A program made the translations under genes and the position numbers. From assembly GCA_016839765.1 (NCBI GenBank), contig JAEOTP010000065.1:1-26179 (forward strand): a DNA stretch of 26,179 bases, given 5' to 3'. This stretch comes from Promethearchaeota archaeon (lineage in GTDB: Archaea; Asgardarchaeota; Lokiarchaeia; Sigyniarchaeales; SOKP01). The notes beneath the pieces are model-generated. The model saw nothing but the letters and a program-made list of their open reading frames with translations, was not told the DNA's origin and made no database searches. Shown here one piece after another: positions 26,144 through 26,179 of this stretch; within the stretch, counting starts at the first letter, position 1; the number at the start of each line of letters is the position of its first letter.

Positions 26144-26179
26144 TTAGAATTTCAGTGCTGGATTAAAGTTTTTAAACAT
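26144..26179 (-). CDS. Probable 3' end of a gene entering from beyond the window (..MFKNFNPALKF*)
   Basis: Open frame from the window edge to TAA at 26146-26144, followed by an oligo-T tract; too short to identify, and another frame is also open. Confidence 0.3.
   Translation of the reverse strand: MFKNFNPALKF

Noticed and set aside
1-26179. CRISPR arrays, tRNA/rRNA genes, transposases, integrases or terminal repeats (including around the 1037-3894 cassette)
   Set aside because: No regularly spaced repeats, GC-rich structured RNA segments, recombinase motifs or target-site duplications were seen by eye.

Overview
AT-rich, gene-dense prokaryotic chromosomal window with about 22 protein-coding genes. 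I found no rRNA, tRNA, CRISPR array or mobile element. GGTGA/GGAGTGA-type ribosome-binding sites, oligo-T terminators without hairpins, archaeal-type phosphohexomutase and split PurS/Q/L point to an archaeon; the style of the hypothetical proteins suggests Asgard/Lokiarchaeia (inference only). In order: (1) two close paralogs of the 2-hydroxyacyl-CoA dehydratase (HgdA/B, FldB/C) family flanking an oppositely oriented, translationally coupled pair, a 584-aa B12 protein and an opine dehydrogenase; (2) a coiled-coil hypothetical and a GH13 alpha-amylase; (3) a hexosamine cluster (glmS, a stand-alone SIS-SIS protein, a phosphohexomutase); (4) a helical-repeat hypothetical, then an alkyl-DHAP-synthase-like flavoprotein, a CCG Fe-S protein, an FGGY kinase and an alpha/beta hydrolase; (5) a MazG/DCTPP1-like pyrophosphatase, purC, a small membrane protein and purSQL; (6) a small Zn-finger-like protein and an LHPP-like HAD phosphatase. 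The strongest novelty candidate is the B12 protein. By eye it aligns with a single-chain fusion of glutamate mutase S and E subunits, with a Cys-x-His cobalamin motif and without the glutamate-binding residues, and it is coupled to an opine dehydrogenase, suggesting an uncharacterised AdoCbl radical mutase/opine pathway. Second is the AGPS-like flavoprotein joined to an Fe-S electron-transfer subunit and a kinase. All comparisons to reference proteins are from recall, not computed alignments.
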